Assembly: GCA_034925905.1 (NCBI GenBank)
Contig: JAYFRL010000020.1
Span: 9,880-73,879, forward strand
Length of the DNA stretch: 64,000 bases
Source: Lachnospiraceae bacterium
Lineage (GTDB): Bacteria; Bacillota; Clostridia; Lachnospirales; Anaerotignaceae
Direction of reading: 5' to 3'
A program made the translations under genes and the position numbers. Below the pieces are notes generated by a model. The model did no database searches. It was not told the origin of the DNA and worked only from the letters and a program-made list of their open reading frames with translations. The first letter of the stretch is position 1. Every line of letters starts with the position of its first letter. This document shows, one piece after another, positions 47,984 to 58,416 of the stretch.

Positions 47984-48664
47984 TTATTTTAAAAGTAATC
48001 TGTCTATGTCTTTAGGATTGAATTCATAAATATATTCCGAATAATTTTTTTTCATTTCTTCTTCATATTCGGCAGAATATTTATCATAAACACCTATGGA
48101 TTTCATGCCTGCCGCCTTTATGCCGGAAAGCGCAAAAGGAACATCCTCAAACACAGCGCAATCAGATGGTGAAACCCTTATCAGCTCGGCTGCTTTCAAG
48201 TATATATCAGGGTTTGTTTTGTTTTTCCCAACCTCATCCGAATATACTATAGCTTCAAAAAAACGAAAAATATTATTGTTATTCAAAACTGCTTCACACA
48301 TTTTTCTTGCGCTTGAAGTTGCCATGGCAAGCTTAACTCCACGGGCTTTAAGCCCAGCTAAAAAATCAACCGCCCCTTTTTTAAGCCTTGTATTATTGGC
48401 ATATTCAAAATATGCCATTTCTATAAGTTCTTCCGCAAGCTCAGCCACGCTCTTATTAAGACCATATCTTTTTATTATATAAGCTAGCCCCTGATGGAAG
48501 GTCATTGACATAATTGTGTTTTTATAGTCCGTATCAATGCTGCAGCCGTATTTAAGAAGCAATTCATCGTCTACCTTGCTCCATATCCACATCGAATCTA
48601 TAAGAGTTCCATCCAAATCAAAAATAACGCCTTTTATAATGTCTTCCATGTTTTCCTCCGTCAA
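47984..48664 (-). CDS. HAD-superfamily hydrolase (beta-phosphoglucomutase-like subfamily)
   Basis: Motif I VIFDLDGTLIDS. A terminator follows (AAAGCTGGAGACAGCTTT plus a T-run on the minus strand, around 47955-47985). Confidence 0.85.
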   Translation of the reverse strand: MTEENMEDIIKGVIFDLDGTLIDSMWIWSKVDDELLLKYGCSIDTDYKNTIMSMTFHQGLAYIIKRYGLNKSVAELAEELIEMAYFEYANNTRLKKGAVDFLAGLKARGVKLAMATSSARKMCEAVLNNNNIFRFFEAIVYSDEVGKNKTNPDIYLKAAELIRVSPSDCAVFEDVPFALSGIKAAGMKSIGVYDKYSAEYEEEMKKNYSEYIYEFNPKDIDRLLLK

Positions 48665-48811
48665 TTTTTTAAAATCATAACATATTGCGACATATTATTC
48701 AATAAACAGGTAAAAACAGCCCATGTTTTTATTTATATAATTGATATATTGAATTTTTTTGCTATAATGTTAATAATAAACTGAGGTATAATAAGAAAAA
48801 GAGGTATTATC

Positions 48812-49909
48812 ATGGAAAATATGAACCATATGCACGGTGGAGACCTTGACGCCATAGAGCGCAAGTATCATATAAAAAAAGAGGAAATCATGGATTTCAG
48901 CGGAAACATAAACCCTTTGGGCTTTCCAAAAAGCGTTGCGGAAAAACTTGCGGAAAATATAGCCTTAGTGTCTATCTATCCGGATAAGGATTATTGTGTG
49001 CTTAAAAAAAGCATCGGCGAATACACGGGCGCAGATCCTAAAAATATAGTTGTCGGCAACGGCTCAACAGAGCTTATCTCGGGCTTCATAAAAGCGATTG
49101 CCCCTAAAAACGCCGTTATTTTAGGCCCGGCTTATTCGGAATATGAAAACGAAGTTTCAATTTCCGGCGGAAAATATATATACTTTCCTCTTGAAGAAAA
49201 AGACGGTTTTATTATAAACCCTGAAAAACTTAAATCAACCATTACTAATGATACTGATATATTTATAGCCTGCAACCCAAACAACCCGACAGGAACAGCA
49301 ATAAAAACCGAAACAATGCGCGAGATTCTTGCTCATGCAAAAAAAACCGGCACAGTTGTTATGATAGATGAAACATATATTGAATTCAGCGAAAATCTTG
49401 ATGAGCTTACTTCCATACCGCTCGTAAATGAGTTTGACAACCTGTTTGTTATAAGAGGCATCTCAAAATTTTTTGCAGCTCCAGGTTTAAGACTCGGATA
49501 CGGAATATCTTCAAACCGGGACCTTATGTCTAAGCTTTCTATGGCAAAAGATCCTTGGAGCGTAAATATTCTTGCATCTTTTGCCGGCGAACACCTTTAT
49601 AAAGACAAAAAATTTATAAACGAAACAAAAGCCCTCATATTTTCTGAAAGAAAAAAAGCTCTTGCCGAGCTTTTATCCTGGAAAAACATAAGGGTATATC
49701 CCAGCAGCTCAAACTTCATATTAATAAAGCTTATTACAGGCAAAGTTAAATCCTGTGAAGTCTTTGAAAAACTTATAGTTAAAAAAATGCTCATAAGAAA
49801 CGCTGCATCTTTTACCTTCTTGGATGAAAGCTTCCTGCGTTTTTGTTTGCTTTTACCGGAACAAAATGCAATGCTTCTAAGTGAAATGAAAAAAATAATA
49901 GAAGATTAA
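48812..49909 (+). CDS. PLP-dependent class I/II aminotransferase-fold enzyme, CobD-like (threonine-phosphate decarboxylase family)
   Basis: N-terminal HGGD...DFSGNINPLG and the PLP-lysine region RGISKFFAAPGLRLGY. Confidence 0.65.
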   Translation: MENMNHMHGGDLDAIERKYHIKKEEIMDFSGNINPLGFPKSVAEKLAENIALVSIYPDKDYCVLKKSIGEYTGADPKNIVVGNGSTELISGFIKAIAPKNAVILGPAYSEYENEVSISGGKYIYFPLEEKDGFIINPEKLKSTITNDTDIFIACNPNNPTGTAIKTETMREILAHAKKTGTVVMIDETYIEFSENLDELTSIPLVNEFDNLFVIRGISKFFAAPGLRLGYGISSNRDLMSKLSMAKDPWSVNILASFAGEHLYKDKKFINETKALIFSERKKALAELLSWKNIRVYPSSSNFILIKLITGKVKSCEVFEKLIVKKMLIRNAASFTFLDESFLRFCLLLPEQNAMLLSEMKKIIED

Positions 49910-49916
49910 CAGCATT

Positions 49917-49948
49917 AAAAAAACGGCCTTTAAGCCGTTTTTTTATTT
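49917..49948. terminator. Bidirectional terminator (cobD-like / gdhA)
   Basis: AAAAAAACGGCCTTTAAGCCGTTTTTTT. Confidence 0.8.
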
Positions 49949-49955
49949 TGCCGAT

Positions 49956-51323
<1,368 letters not shown>

Positions 51324-51467
51324 TTAACTTAATTAATTTATTCATGATTAGTTTACCCATAATTAACTTACCCATGCCACTGGTTCGTAATATAAATAGG
51401 TTTTCTGCAAAATTTAGCTTCTGTTTTAAGACATATATCGGCAGAATATTCACTAAAAATCTGTTTA

Positions 51468-51496
51468 ATTATATTCCTGCTGCTCTATATTTACAA
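51468..51496 (-). promoter_or_regulatory. Candidate sigma-A promoter of gdhA (long leader)
   Basis: Minus strand reads TTGTAA, a 17-nt spacer, then TATAAT, about 180 nt upstream of the gdhA start. Confidence 0.5.
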
Positions 51497-51709
51497 TAAA
51501 AAGTCTTTTATAGAATATATAAGTTTTTCTTATGTTTTATATATTATTTCGCATGTTATAATGTGTTTGATTTTATTATTTGTAAAAAACTACTCATTTT
51601 AGATGAGTTTGAAATTCACTTATTCAATTTATTGCTACACATTTTTAAAGTAGTTTTTAAAATTTCGTTATGCTTATTATTAAAATTCTCTTTTTTATAA
51701 GGTGGTATT

Positions 51710-52627
51710 ATGTTTTTTGACGGCAAACCTTATTATTCTTTAAGCAGTTATTATAAAAATGTGTTTGGCTCTAAAACTGCCAAGTTGCCTATAGACGGAG
51801 GCTTTAGCTGCCCACACAGAGACAGCCGGACAAAACTTGGAGGATGCATATTTTGCTCTCCCCAAGGCTCGGGAGATTTTGCCCTTCCCTGTAATTATTC
51901 GATTAAAGACCAAATAGAAGCCGGAAAAAATATATATTCAAAAAAATGGAGAGATTTAAAATATATAGCATACTTCCAGGCTTTTACAAACACCTATGCC
52001 CCGGTTCAAATTCTCAGGCAAAAATATTACGAGGCGCTTTCCTGCGACCAAATTTCAGGCATCGCAATAGCTACAAGACCTGACTCTATAAGCAACGAAG
52101 CCCTTAGTCTTTTAAGCGAGATAAACAAAAAAACAAAGCTTTGGGTTGAGCTTGGCTTCCAAACCTCAAACGAAACTACGGCAAAGCTTATAAACAGGCA
52201 ATTCCCAAATAACTGCTTTGATGAAGCCGTCCTTAGGCTTAACAAAGAAGGCATAAATGTTGTTGCACACGTTATGCTTGGTCTGCCTTATGAAACAACC
52301 AAAGACATGAAAAACACAGTTAAATATGTATGCTCACAAAAAATTTCCGGCATAAAGCTGCACATGCTTTATATTTTAAAAAACACACAGCTTTTTGAGC
52401 TTTACACCAAAGAACCTTTTCATGTTCTAAGTAAAGAAGAATATATAAAGACCCTTTCGGAATGCATTGAAAACATACCTCCAAACATCGTTATACACAG
52501 GATAACCGGAGACCCGCCCAAAGACAAGCTTTTTATGCCCGAATGGGCCGCAAATAAAAAGGATGTTTTAAACAGCATACACAGATATATGAAGGAAAAC
52601 GGCATATATCAAGGAAAAACGCTTTAA
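51710..52627 (+). CDS. TIGR01212-family radical SAM protein (YhcC-like)
   Basis: DGGFSCPHRD...GGCIFC cluster region. Size and motifs fit TIGR01212. Confidence 0.8.
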   Translation: MFFDGKPYYSLSSYYKNVFGSKTAKLPIDGGFSCPHRDSRTKLGGCIFCSPQGSGDFALPCNYSIKDQIEAGKNIYSKKWRDLKYIAYFQAFTNTYAPVQILRQKYYEALSCDQISGIAIATRPDSISNEALSLLSEINKKTKLWVELGFQTSNETTAKLINRQFPNNCFDEAVLRLNKEGINVVAHVMLGLPYETTKDMKNTVKYVCSQKISGIKLHMLYILKNTQLFELYTKEPFHVLSKEEYIKTLSECIENIPPNIVIHRITGDPPKDKLFMPEWAANKKDVLNSIHRYMKENGIYQGKTL

Positions 52628-52636
52628 ATGCATATT

Positions 52637-52674
52637 AAAAACGCCCTCGAAATATTTCGAGAGCGTTTTATTTT
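52637..52674 (+). terminator. Intrinsic terminator
   Basis: AAAAACGCCCTCGAAATATTTCGAGAGCGTTTTATTTT. Confidence 0.8.
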
Positions 52675-52722
52675 GAGGATTTTTATTTGTTTTACACACA
52701 TAATCAAATGAACCAAAACAGC

Positions 52723-53622
52723 TTAAAGCAATTTTATATCCATTAGCTCAATAAACCGGCTTGCGGCATTTGAAAAACCAACATTTCTAAGCTTTGCAAG
52801 ACCTATGGCTCTTTCCGGCACAGGCGGATTGAGCGGGATTTCAAATATTGTTTCCCCGTCTATGTGAGAAGAAGAAAACTCTTTTATGGCAAACGAAAGA
52901 CCAAGATTTATTTTAACAAAACCTAAAAGCAAATCATTGCTTCCAAGCTCTATGACAGGTTTTAGCTCAACACCGTTATTTATGGCGTATTTATTTAGAT
53001 ATAGCCTTGTGTTGCTAAGCTCTTCCAAAAGAAGCAGAGGATATTTTGAAATGTCTTTTATATCAAAAGGGCTCTTTGAAAGTTCTTTGTATTTTATGCC
53101 GCCTATAAGGCAATCGTGCACCTTTATACATTCTATTATCTCAATATCGTCATCCGGCTCTATAGGCAGATTTATAAAGCACATGTCTACATTCCCGCTT
53201 TTTAAAAGCTTCAAAGCCTCATACGTTGTTTTATTTGTAACCTTTATATTTATACTGGGGTATTTATTGTAATACGCTTCAAGGTATGGCATAAGGAAGT
53301 TTGAAATAACCGTATCGCTTGCCCCTATCTTAATTTCGCCCATGCCCATGTTAACCATTTCAACATATTTTTTCTCGGCTGTGCTTATAAGGTTTAAGGC
53401 CTGCTCCAGGTAATTATACAAAACCTCTCCTTCCGGAGTTGTTCTAACCCCTTTGGTTGTACGCACCAAAAGAGAGCTTCCAAGCCTGTCCTCAAGCTGT
53501 TTTATAGACATACTTACCGCAGGCTGGGAAATATATAGTTCTTTTGCGGCCGCAGACATATTGCCCGTCTTCACAACGGAGCAAAAAATTTTATACAAAT
53601 CCAAAGAAACATCTATGTTCAT
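52723..53622 (-). CDS. LysR-family transcriptional regulator
   Basis: N-terminal HTH (MSAAAKELYISQPAVSMSIKQLE) and a substrate-binding domain. Confidence 0.92.
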   Translation of the reverse strand: MNIDVSLDLYKIFCSVVKTGNMSAAAKELYISQPAVSMSIKQLEDRLGSSLLVRTTKGVRTTPEGEVLYNYLEQALNLISTAEKKYVEMVNMGMGEIKIGASDTVISNFLMPYLEAYYNKYPSINIKVTNKTTYEALKLLKSGNVDMCFINLPIEPDDDIEIIECIKVHDCLIGGIKYKELSKSPFDIKDISKYPLLLLEELSNTRLYLNKYAINNGVELKPVIELGSNDLLLGFVKINLGLSFAIKEFSSSHIDGETIFEIPLNPPVPERAIGLAKLRNVGFSNAASRFIELMDIKLL

Positions 53623-53863
53623 AAAATCACCCAGAGTTATAAAATAAACTTATCACTTATATTTTATATATAATTTTACCTTATGTCAATAAAATTGTTA
53701 TACAAATTGAACCGAAACCCTTTTATACATGCCGGATATACATAAGCTCATCCGAATTTTTATAAAAATAAAAAAAGCTCAGTATGTTATCCCCAAAAGA
53801 AATTAACTATAACATAAAAAAGCAGAGCACCGTTAAAAACAGCCACCCTGCTTTTTTATATCT

Positions 53864-54448
53864 TTAAAGCTCGCCTTTAAGCCCTATTGCCTCGGCGGCT
53901 TCTTTCATTCCGTTTATAGTTTCCGTTATTACAAAATCCAAATCTTCACCCATCATTTCGCAGCCTTTTAAGATTACTTCCCTGTTTACCCCGGCTGCAA
54001 AACCTGCGGACTTAAATTTCTTTTTAACCGATTTAAGTTCAACATCCAAAACGCTTTTTGAAGGACGCATAAGGCATGTGGCATTTATAAGCCCCGTAAG
54101 CTCATCTATGGTATATAAAACCTTCTCCATCTTATGCACAGGGCAAACGTCATAGCAAAGCCCATAGCCGTGGCTTACAACAGCATGCATATATTCTTCG
54201 TCTATATCCCTTTCGGTCATTATTTCATATGTCTTTTTGCAGTGTTCCTCTGGATACATTTCATAATCAAGGTCATGGATAAGGCCTATTGTACCCCATT
54301 TTTCAACGTCTTCGCCATATAAAGCCGCAAAATGTCTCATAACGGCTTCAACAGCCAAAGCATGCTTTATAAGCGAATCCGTTTTATTGAACTCGCAAAG
54401 CAGCTTGTACGCTTCTTCTCTTGTAGGTTTTATGCTCATCTTTAACAC
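53864..54448 (-). CDS. HD-domain phosphohydrolase
   Basis: H...HD motif (HALAVEAV...GLIHDLDY); 194 aa. Confidence 0.8.
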   Translation of the reverse strand: MLKMSIKPTREEAYKLLCEFNKTDSLIKHALAVEAVMRHFAALYGEDVEKWGTIGLIHDLDYEMYPEEHCKKTYEIMTERDIDEEYMHAVVSHGYGLCYDVCPVHKMEKVLYTIDELTGLINATCLMRPSKSVLDVELKSVKKKFKSAGFAAGVNREVILKGCEMMGEDLDFVITETINGMKEAAEAIGLKGEL

Positions 54449-54486
54449 CCCGTTTTAATATGATTTCTTCTGTTGTTAAGTATATC

Positions 54487-54518
54487 AAAAAACCGCGCTT
54501 TTGTCTTAGCGCGGCTTT
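54487..54518 (-). terminator. Intrinsic terminator of rpsF-ssb-rpsR
   Basis: Minus strand reads AAAGCCGCGCTAAGACAAAAGCGCGGTTTTTT. Confidence 0.85.
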
Positions 54519-54524
54519 AATTCA

Positions 54525-54755
54525 TTAATCCTGTGAATAAGGCATTAAAGCTATATGCCTTGATCTTTTTATGGCTGTTGTCAAAGCTCTTTGATGCTTT
54601 GCACAGTTGCCTGTTATTCTTCTCGGAAGAATTTTTCCTCTTTCCGAAATGTATTTTCTTAATTTCGCTACATCTTTATAATCGATTGTTTTTATTTTAT
54701 CGGCACAGGAAGCGCAAACTCTTTTTTTCCTGCGGCCACGCTTTTTATTAATCAC
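54525..54755 (-). CDS. rpsR: 30S ribosomal protein S18
   Basis: [24 protein letters not shown]...QR. Confidence 0.97.
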   Translation of the reverse strand: MINKKRGRRKKRVCASCADKIKTIDYKDVAKLRKYISERGKILPRRITGNCAKHQRALTTAIKRSRHIALMPYSQD

Positions 54756-54804
54756 GGTCTAACCCTCCTATTAAATTTTATTATTATAAAAAACTAACGC
54801 ATAA

Positions 54805-55245
54805 TTAAAACGGCAAATCATCGTCGTCGATGCTTTCATCTATAGGATAGAAGCCTTCCTCGGTGGCATTATTTTCAAACGGTTCTTTGGAAGCTTCACC
54901 GGATTTTTGGTGAGACTCAAAAGAAGACTTGCTCTCAGCAAAATATTGTTCTTCAACAACAACATCGGTCGATACGCGTTTCTGACCGTTTTGGTCTTCC
55001 CAATTGCGCACCTGAAGCCTGCCCGTTACAGCAACCATCTGGCCTTTTTTAAAATATTTCTCTGCAAATTCTCCGGCCTTGCCAAAAGCAACGCAGTTTA
55101 TAAAATCCGCGTCGGCTTCGCCCTGACGTTTAAACCTTCTGTTGACTGCAAGGGAATACCTTGCAACAGCAAAAGATTCTGCACCTTGAGTATAACGAAC
55201 CTCAGGGTCTCTGGTGAGTCTGCCCATCAATATAACTTTATTCAT
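54805..55245 (-). CDS. ssb: Single-stranded DNA-binding protein
   Basis: MNKVILMGRLTRDPE OB fold and the acidic tail DDDLPF. Confidence 0.97.
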   Translation of the reverse strand: MNKVILMGRLTRDPEVRYTQGAESFAVARYSLAVNRRFKRQGEADADFINCVAFGKAGEFAEKYFKKGQMVAVTGRLQVRNWEDQNGQKRVSTDVVVEEQYFAESKSSFESHQKSGEASKEPFENNATEEGFYPIDESIDDDDLPF

Positions 55246-55269
55246 GCGTTACACCTCCAAAATCTACAA

Positions 55270-55557
55270 TTAAGCCTCTTTGCGGACTATAAGGTAACGG
55301 AGTACACTTTCCATAATGCGAACACGGCTTTCGACTTCTGCCGGAGCAGCTGAATCTGACTCGAAAGTTGTAAAGCTAAAGTAGCCTTCGTTGAACTTAT
55401 GGATTTCATAGGCAAGTCTTCTTTTTCCCCAGTCGTCAACTTTTTCGATAGTTCCGCCAAATCTGGAAATAAGCTCTTGAACCTTCTGCATCTCAGCCTG
55501 CCTTGTTTCATCATCGATAGCAGGACTTAAAACCAATGCTAACTCGTACTTATTCAT
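55270..55557 (-). CDS. rpsF: 30S ribosomal protein S6
   Basis: MNKYELALVLSP...WGKRRLAYEI. Confidence 0.97.
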   Translation of the reverse strand: MNKYELALVLSPAIDDETRQAEMQKVQELISRFGGTIEKVDDWGKRRLAYEIHKFNEGYFSFTTFESDSAAPAEVESRVRIMESVLRYLIVRKEA

Positions 55558-55678
55558 ATAAATACACCTCCTCTTGGACGTATGGCTCTCAAATCTCTTG
55601 AGAACAAGGATAAAATCTTACAGACGTAAATAATAACACATAATTTCTTCAATTACAATAGTTTTGCTTAAAAATCCT

Positions 55679-56173
55679 TCATTTTTCAAGCTTTTTATAC
55701 GTTAAAAACCTGAAATCCATTCCATCATATTTTTTAAATGGGCTTTCGCGCACTATTTCCCATTTGGGATTTTTATCCAGATTTTCAAAAAACGTATCCG
55801 CTTCAAAACTCTTATAAAGCCTTGTTATATACGCAGTGTCGCAAAACGGCATAAATTCGCGGTATATGCTTCCTCCGCCTATTATGAATATTTTTTTCGG
55901 GGAATATGCCTTTGCCGCATTTATTGCCTCGTCAATGCCGCTTGTTATTATAAAGCCTTCTTTTTTATAGTCTTTGTTTTTGGTTACAACTATGTTTACC
56001 CTGCCTGGAAGCGGTTTTTGACCCGGAAGTGATTCTAAAGTTTTTCTGCCCATTATAACAATATGACCCATAGTCGTTTGTTTAAAAAAGCTCATATCTT
56101 CCGGAATCCTAGCTAAAAGGGCTTCGCCCTTGCCTATTCCCCAGTTTAAATCACAGGAAACTATAATATTCAT
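55679..56173 (-). CDS. folA: Dihydrofolate reductase
   Basis: LNWGIGK...MGRKT.ESLP...IIGGGSIY. Confidence 0.93.
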   Translation of the reverse strand: MNIIVSCDLNWGIGKGEALLARIPEDMSFFKQTTMGHIVIMGRKTLESLPGQKPLPGRVNIVVTKNKDYKKEGFIITSGIDEAINAAKAYSPKKIFIIGGGSIYREFMPFCDTAYITRLYKSFEADTFFENLDKNPKWEIVRESPFKKYDGMDFRFLTYKKLEK

Positions 56174-56181
56174 CTTTCCTC

Positions 56182-57012
56182 CTATATAGCAATTGGTATT
56201 TTGCCTACGCTTTCACCATACTTATAGTCTGCAATCTCAAAATCATCAACTGTAAAATCATAAAAATTCTTTATTTTATCGTTCATTTTAAACATTGGAG
56301 CTTCAAACGGTTTTCTTTTTATAAGCTTTTCTATAATTGGGATATGCCTGTCGTATATATGCATATCGGATATAACATGGATAAACTCTCCTGCCTTAAA
56401 CCCCGAAACCTGAGCAAGCATATGCAAAAGCACCGCATATTGGACAACATTCCAGTTGTTTGCGGTGAGAGTGTCTTGAGAGCGTTGGTTTAAAATTGCG
56501 TTAAGCCTGTCTCCGGTTACGTTAAATGTCATGCTGTATGCGCAAGGATAAAGATGCATCTCGCTTAAATCGCTGAACGTATATATATTTGTCATTATCC
56601 TGCGGCTGTACGGGTTGTTTTTAAGGTCAAATATAACCCTGTCAACCTGGTCAAAAAAACCTTCTTTATATTTATGTTTAACACTCATCTGGTAGCCGTA
56701 GGCTTTGCCTATTGAACCTTCTTCGTCCGCCCATTCGTCCCATATATGGCTGTTTAAGTCTTTTATGTTATTGGATTTTTTTTGCCATATCCATAAAATT
56801 TCGTCTATAGCTCCGCGCCAGTTTGTGTATCTAAGCGTTAATATGGGGAATTCCTTTGAAAGGTCATATCTGTTTACAACGCCAAATTTTTTTATTGTAT
56901 AGGCGCTCTCGCCGTCTTCCCAGTGCGGACGCACCTTTTCGTTTTCAGTTGAAAACCCGGAATTTAATATATCCGTACAATTTTTAATAAACATTTCATC
57001 GGCAAGACTCAC
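56182..57012 (-). CDS. thyA: Thymidylate synthase (ThyA type)
   Basis: SRRIMTNIY, catalytic LYPCA and NQRSQD motifs. It is adjacent to folA. Confidence 0.9.
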   Translation of the reverse strand: MSLADEMFIKNCTDILNSGFSTENEKVRPHWEDGESAYTIKKFGVVNRYDLSKEFPILTLRYTNWRGAIDEILWIWQKKSNNIKDLNSHIWDEWADEEGSIGKAYGYQMSVKHKYKEGFFDQVDRVIFDLKNNPYSRRIMTNIYTFSDLSEMHLYPCAYSMTFNVTGDRLNAILNQRSQDTLTANNWNVVQYAVLLHMLAQVSGFKAGEFIHVISDMHIYDRHIPIIEKLIKRKPFEAPMFKMNDKIKNFYDFTVDDFEIADYKYGESVGKIPIAI

Positions 57013-57107
57013 TATAGTATTCCTCCTTTAACGCAACAAAAAAATAAGACTGTCTTAAGTCTTATTATAATTGTTTTAAGCGCCTTTTTCAAATCTTATT
57101 ATTGGTC

Positions 57108-57998
57108 TTAGGAAGGTTTTTTTAATCTTTTTGGTTTAAATAAAGTTTTAAAATCGGGTTTTGTTGCAGAAATAAAAATAGCGACAAAAATTATAAGGCT
57201 GCTTAAAACCGTTTTAAGCGTAAGCTTTTCACCTAAAAAAGCCACTGAAAAAATCATGCTGAAAACACATTGAGTTGAAAGTATGGCCGAGCTTTTTGCC
57301 GGAGCTGTATATTTAAAAGCAAAGTTCTGGAGCAAATACGATGTGACCGTTGAAACCAGCGAAAGATATAAAATCCCAAATTTTGCCCCAAGCGTTATAT
57401 GAGGCCAAAAACCGTGCCTTATAGAAAGAAGCCCTGTTATAACTGCAACTGTTGCAAATTGAACCGAAGTAACATACAAAGGCTTGTTTTTACCTAAAAA
57501 TTTAAAAGTGGCCACAACATTAAGCGCGTAAAAAACAGCCGAAGCAAGCGAAAAAACATCCCCTTTACCTATTGAAAGCTTTGAATCAAGAGTTAAAAAC
57601 GCTATGCCAACCAATGACATTAATATGCTCACTATAAGATATGCGTCCGGGCGTACCCTGGTTATTATCCAAAAAAACACAGGCGCTATCAAAACATAAG
57701 TTGTAACAAGAAACGAATTATTCGATACGGATGTGTATAAAAGGCCTGTGAACTGAAGTGTGAAGCCTATGGATGTAAATATCCCTAAAATCATTCCGCA
57801 GATAACTTCACTTTTTTTGATTTCCTTAATGTTTTTATTTAAAAACATGGCCATAACTACAGCAGCTATCGAAAACCTAGCAAAAATAAGCTGGAGAGGG
57901 AAAACTCCTTCGCCTAATATTCTTGTTATAGCTATAAACCCCGAACCTGAAATTATTGATACCGTTAAAAGCATCAGCTGTGCTTTTTTGTCCGACAT
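57108..57998 (-). CDS. DMT-superfamily (EamA) transporter
   Basis: 296 aa, ten-TM, two EamA repeats. Confidence 0.8.
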   Translation of the reverse strand: MSDKKAQLMLLTVSIISGSGFIAITRILGEGVFPLQLIFARFSIAAVVMAMFLNKNIKEIKKSEVICGMILGIFTSIGFTLQFTGLLYTSVSNNSFLVTTYVLIAPVFFWIITRVRPDAYLIVSILMSLVGIAFLTLDSKLSIGKGDVFSLASAVFYALNVVATFKFLGKNKPLYVTSVQFATVAVITGLLSIRHGFWPHITLGAKFGILYLSLVSTVTSYLLQNFAFKYTAPAKSSAILSTQCVFSMIFSVAFLGEKLTLKTVLSSLIIFVAIFISATKPDFKTLFKPKRLKKPS

Positions 57999-58416
57999 TT
58001 AGATTTCCCCTTAAAATACATATGGTCCCTGAAACAATGTTGATATTATAGCATTAAGCATAAGGCTTTGTATATGTGCTTTATGACGATAAAAAAGAGG
58101 ATTTGCATATGAAATATGATGTTTATGCCAAGGCATTGTCCATTTAAAAAAGCACTTGTAATTATAAGTATAATATATGTTATTCAAGTAAAATAATCAA
58201 TGGTTATACTCAAAGAAACCCCTTATTAAAAACTATCGCTTTTTAAACCATTGTTCTTATATTAGTACACGCATAAAAGCTCTGTTTGGCGGGCTTATTG
58301 CCCGGTTTTGTTATCATCCCTCAAAAACTGCCGAAATAAGTAAAAATCTTAAAAACTCCTTAAATTGCATTTGTCCAGAATTTGTATTATACTAGGTTTA
58401 TTAATTTCTTTAGGAA

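Noticed and set aside
51376-51393. Sigma-54-like -24 element TGGCAT on the minus strand upstream of gdhA. Also TGGCAGATTGCA at 5435-5446.
   Set aside because: The gdhA site lacks a TTGC -12 element at the required spacing, with GT where GC is needed. The 5435 site has the wrong GG-GC spacing and lies inside rpoN coding sequence. I found no convincing sigma-54 promoter or enhancer-binding protein in the window, despite rpoN being here.
51399-51415. CodY-box-like sequence AATTTTGCAGAAAAC in the gdhA leader.
   Set aside because: Relative to AATTTTCWGAAAATT it needs a 1-nt insertion plus about 3 mismatches, which is too weak to call.
58109-58147. 12-aa uORF (MKYDVYAKALSI) with an AAGAGGA RBS in the EamA/VanW spacer. 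I considered it as a leader peptide.
   Set aside because: It shows no regulatory codon bias, lies about 270 nt from the VanW start, and has no overlapping alternative structures that I can see.
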